From the IMG/VR virus record IMGVR_UViG_3300035185_000031: DNA of 62,987 nucleotides, one strand, 5' to 3'. The notes beneath the pieces were generated by a model. It had not been told where the DNA came from, made no database searches, and saw only the letters and a list, made by a program, of their open reading frames with translations. Shown here in pieces: positions 60,647 through 62,987 of the stretch (within the stretch, counting starts at the first letter, position 1; every line of letters begins with the position of its first letter). A program made the position numbers and the translations under genes. Origin of the DNA: an uncultured virus (IMG/VR IMGVR_UViG_3300035185_000031). Lineage: Duplodnaviria > Heunggongvirae > Uroviricota > Caudoviricetes.

Positions 60647-61843
60647 CTACTGTTTCCAGATGCGCCCCTGACGGGCAGCCACCAGTTGAATTCGCTTCAC
60701 GGACGTCTTGAACGACTCCGGATCCTTCTCAATACCACAGAACCGGAAGCCTGCCTCGACGGCGGCGTGAAGCGTCGACCCAGATCCGCAGTAAGGGTCT
60801 AGGACCAACCCAGCGGGAGGGGTAACAAGAGTAACCAACCGCTTCATCACGGCCACGGGCTTCTTGGTCAAGTGATCGTTCTTCAGCTCCCCATCTAGGG
60901 TCGCTTCCTTCCGGCTCACTTTGCCCTCGTACTGGAAGGGAGGTAGCCGTGGAAAGAACCTGCGTGTGCCCTCGTCGAGGTCCTCTACGGGACACCCCGG
61001 AGCGCATTTCCATTTCTCCGAAGCCGCATCGATCTCTTTGCATTCGGGAGCGTGAACGAAGATTACGTTTGGAGGCCACCTGCCGAGCGGATGTAGGTTG
61101 ATGCCCTGTCCCGGAGGAGCTGCGATCTTCTTCGCATCCGGCTTCTTAGTGTGCCCGCTACGCTTCCAACTGTCAGAGCGGTCGGGCTCATTCCAATCAG
61201 TGAAGACCCGCGTACCGTCGATGTTGAGTGCTCCGGTACCCCACTTCCGTAGGTTGTCGAGTATCGAACCTTCGAGAGGTTTGCGATACATCAAGATCGG
61301 TTCCCAAGCAGGCTTCAGCCCAACGTCGAGCCCCTTCCACGCCTCTTGTTCTTCCTTGGTGGCTTTCTTTGCGAGCGTGTTCGCCAAGCTCATCTTGGCT
61401 CGTCCCTGGGCGTAGAGCCACAGGAAGCCAGGAAGGTCGGGGAAGATGTTCGGGATCGAGTCTCGATACTCGAAACTCGCTGCTCGCGCACCCAAGCTGA
61501 TCAAGTCCCACGTTCGAGTCCCTCCGAACGTCAGCACGTACCCTCCGGGTTTGAGAACTCGGTACAGCTCTCGCCATACGAGTACGGACGGGATCTCCCA
61601 ATCCGTGCTCATGAAATCCCCGCCTGTATCGAGGTCCGCTCCCTGTAGGTACGCGAGGATCTCGTCTAGCGTCGGCTCCTTCGTACCCAAGCCGTACGGA
61701 GGATCCATGACAACGGCATCTATGCTGTTGTCAGGGAAGAGACGCAGGTGGTTCAGACAAGGACCCGAAAAGATCCTGTTACTCGGGTCGAGCGGGGGTG
61801 CTTTCTTTTTTTCGCGGGGCGGGCGGGCGTGTGCTTTCGCCAT
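60647..61843 (-). CDS. N4-C/N6-A DNA methyltransferase (beta class)
   Basis: DPPY near the N terminus, RVLKPGG, H.T.KP, VLDPYCGSGST, GIE. Confidence 0.93.
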   Translation of the reverse strand: MAKAHARPPREKKKAPPLDPSNRIFSGPCLNHLRLFPDNSIDAVVMDPPYGLGTKEPTLDEILAYLQGADLDTGGDFMSTDWEIPSVLVWRELYRVLKPGGYVLTFGGTRTWDLISLGARAASFEYRDSIPNIFPDLPGFLWLYAQGRAKMSLANTLAKKATKEEQEAWKGLDVGLKPAWEPILMYRKPLEGSILDNLRKWGTGALNIDGTRVFTDWNEPDRSDSWKRSGHTKKPDAKKIAAPPGQGINLHPLGRWPPNVIFVHAPECKEIDAASEKWKCAPGCPVEDLDEGTRRFFPRLPPFQYEGKVSRKEATLDGELKNDHLTKKPVAVMKRLVTLVTPPAGLVLDPYCGSGSTLHAAVEAGFRFCGIEKDPESFKTSVKRIQLVAARQGRIWKQ

Positions 61844-61920
61844 CGACACTCTCCGGAACGTCGCAGACCTGATTCAAGCGCTCTACTGCTCTTGGGTCGG
61901 ACTTCAGGTACTCCTCGAAG

Positions 61921-62247
61921 TTACTCGTTGAGTTGTTGCCCATTCCGAATCTCCTGAGAAAGGCGAACCGCTTTCTCGCTCAGATCGTTAATCGCCACGG
62001 CCGCCGCCGTTGCGGCCTCTAGAGCCTGCAACCCCAACTTCAACACGTTGTAGTCAGGACCGCTGGTCTTGACGCTCTGAGGAGTAGCTCCTTCGAGAGT
62101 CGCCTTTGCGAACTGGGCAGCGAAGTACGCCGCGCTATTCACCTCGCCAATCATCCCGTACAGGTTTTGGAGAAGCTGTACGCGATCGTTTTCGTTCCTC
62201 AGATCCTTGGCGTCCGTGCTCATGTCCATCGTCCTTTCGCTACTCAC
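61921..62247 (-). CDS. Hypothetical protein
   Basis: Helical ORF. Confidence 0.6.
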   Translation of the reverse strand: MSSERTMDMSTDAKDLRNENDRVQLLQNLYGMIGEVNSAAYFAAQFAKATLEGATPQSVKTSGPDYNVLKLGLQALEAATAAAVAINDLSEKAVRLSQEIRNGQQLNE

Positions 62248-62987
62248 TGAAGAGCTTCCATAGCGCTCCGAGCAAGCCCACCACGAATACCACGATGCCT
62301 GTGGTCTTGGCAGCCCCCGACGACTTCTTTGGTACAGGTTCGCTTGTTGGAGGGGGAGGGGTACTATGTCCGTCTCCCGGGGGTCTTGGGTCCGGAATGG
62401 ACATCACGTCGGGAACGTCTGGATCCGGAGCGTCGAAGGGGTCCTCCTCCGGAACTTCTTCTTCCACGTCGGTGCTGGCGTTGGCAGCAAGACCGTTTTC
62501 ACGTGCTTCGTTGACCGCGTCGCGAAGGGCTTCGGCGAACTTGCGGTCAGGTTTGCCATCCACAGGTAGATTGTGATCCTCCTCGAACTGAGCGATGGCT
62601 GCCTTGGTGAGCTTCCCCATCTTGTTGTCTGCCCCGCTAGGGCCTAGATCGTAGATGCCCAACTCCAGCAGAGCTGTCTGAAAGTGAGCTACCGTTGGAT
62701 ACAGCTCGGCCCAAGGATTTTGGTACTCGAACTGCTCCAGCTCCTTGGCGAAATCGGGGAGATCGATGCCGAACTGCTTCTCCAAGACAGGGCGGATGGC
62801 ATTGTAGCGATGAGGGTAGATCGAGATACCAGGGCCGAAGGTCATCTCGCGAAGAGCTTCAATCGTCAGGTCTTCGATGGAGGCGTCTCCCGCCTTCTCG
62901 TAAGCAATACGAAAGTGTTCATCCGCCACGGCGGGAAGGTTGGCAGCGAAGGATGTGAACGCGGCCCGAAGAGCGCCGTCCCAACCC
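62240..62987 (-). CDS. Partial protein with peptidoglycan-binding domain and C-terminal TM (lysin-like; 5' end outside window)
   Basis: Q.AL..LG.Y.LG..G.D..MG..T..AI..F.....L.VDG; frame open to the window edge (GWDGALRAAFTSFAANLPAVADEH). Confidence 0.75.
   Translation of the reverse strand, partial: GWDGALRAAFTSFAANLPAVADEHFRIAYEKAGDASIEDLTIEALREMTFGPGISIYPHRYNAIRPVLEKQFGIDLPDFAKELEQFEYQNPWAELYPTVAHFQTALLELGIYDLGPSGADNKMGKLTKAAIAQFEEDHNLPVDGKPDRKFAEALRDAVNEARENGLAANASTDVEEEVPEEDPFDAPDPDVPDVMSIPDPRPPGDGHSTPPPPTSEPVPKKSSGAAKTTGIVVFVVGLLGALWKLFSE

Larger units (their letters stand above)
1..62987. mobile_element. Fragment of a large dsDNA bacteriophage genome (Caudoviricetes, probably jumbo-like; likely myxobacterial host)
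   Basis: Dense small hypothetical ORFs in long co-oriented runs; phage-type replication/recombination module; Lar, HNH, Dcd, MTase and PG-binding genes; no cellular housekeeping operons. Confidence 0.92.

Noticed and set aside
1..62987. Stop-codon reassignment, introns/inteins, reverse transcriptase or tRNAs
   Set aside because: Conserved genes are intact in code 11 and end in TAG/TGA/TAA with tight coupling; no intein, RT (YxDD) or cloverleaf signatures noticed by eye

Overview
This is a gene-dense, GC-rich fragment of a large tailed dsDNA phage. No rRNA, tRNA, CRISPR array or housekeeping operon was seen, and genes are tightly coupled with ATGA/TGATG overlaps. A Gly/Cys-rich lipoprotein suggests a myxobacterial host (inference). 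Layout: (1) 1-21.5 kb, mostly minus-strand accessory genes: macrodomain, Gly/Cys-rich lipoprotein, spermidine synthase, HD/SAH hydrolase, two ART-fold proteins, a TrpC-like barrel, a UvrD helicase, Lar-like proteins. (2) 21.6-51 kb, plus-strand replication/recombination block: MoxR-vWA, a duplicated HTH initiator with internal iterons, DnaC, DnaB, primase, SSBs, SF2 helicase, RecA, resolvases, Cas4-like nuclease, ParB-like protein, a 1326-aa kinase+ART protein, AlkB. (3) 51-63 kb, minus-strand block: divergent QueC, HNH, ADP-ribosylglycohydrolase, exoribonuclease, Dcd, membrane/lysis-like genes, DNA MTase, PG-binding protein. The most notable unexplained signals: (a) ART-fold effectors sharing an N-terminal tag and prohead-protease-like cleavage sites, plus two ADP-ribose erasers; (b) several small stand-alone genes carrying fragments of T4-gp23-type capsid motifs, one behind a Tat signal; (c) a ~180-nt multibranch ncRNA; (d) a perfect 18-bp palindrome found three times at gene ends; (e) a family of sigma70-type promoters, several apparently leaderless. 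All family assignments come from reading motifs by eye; no searches were run.
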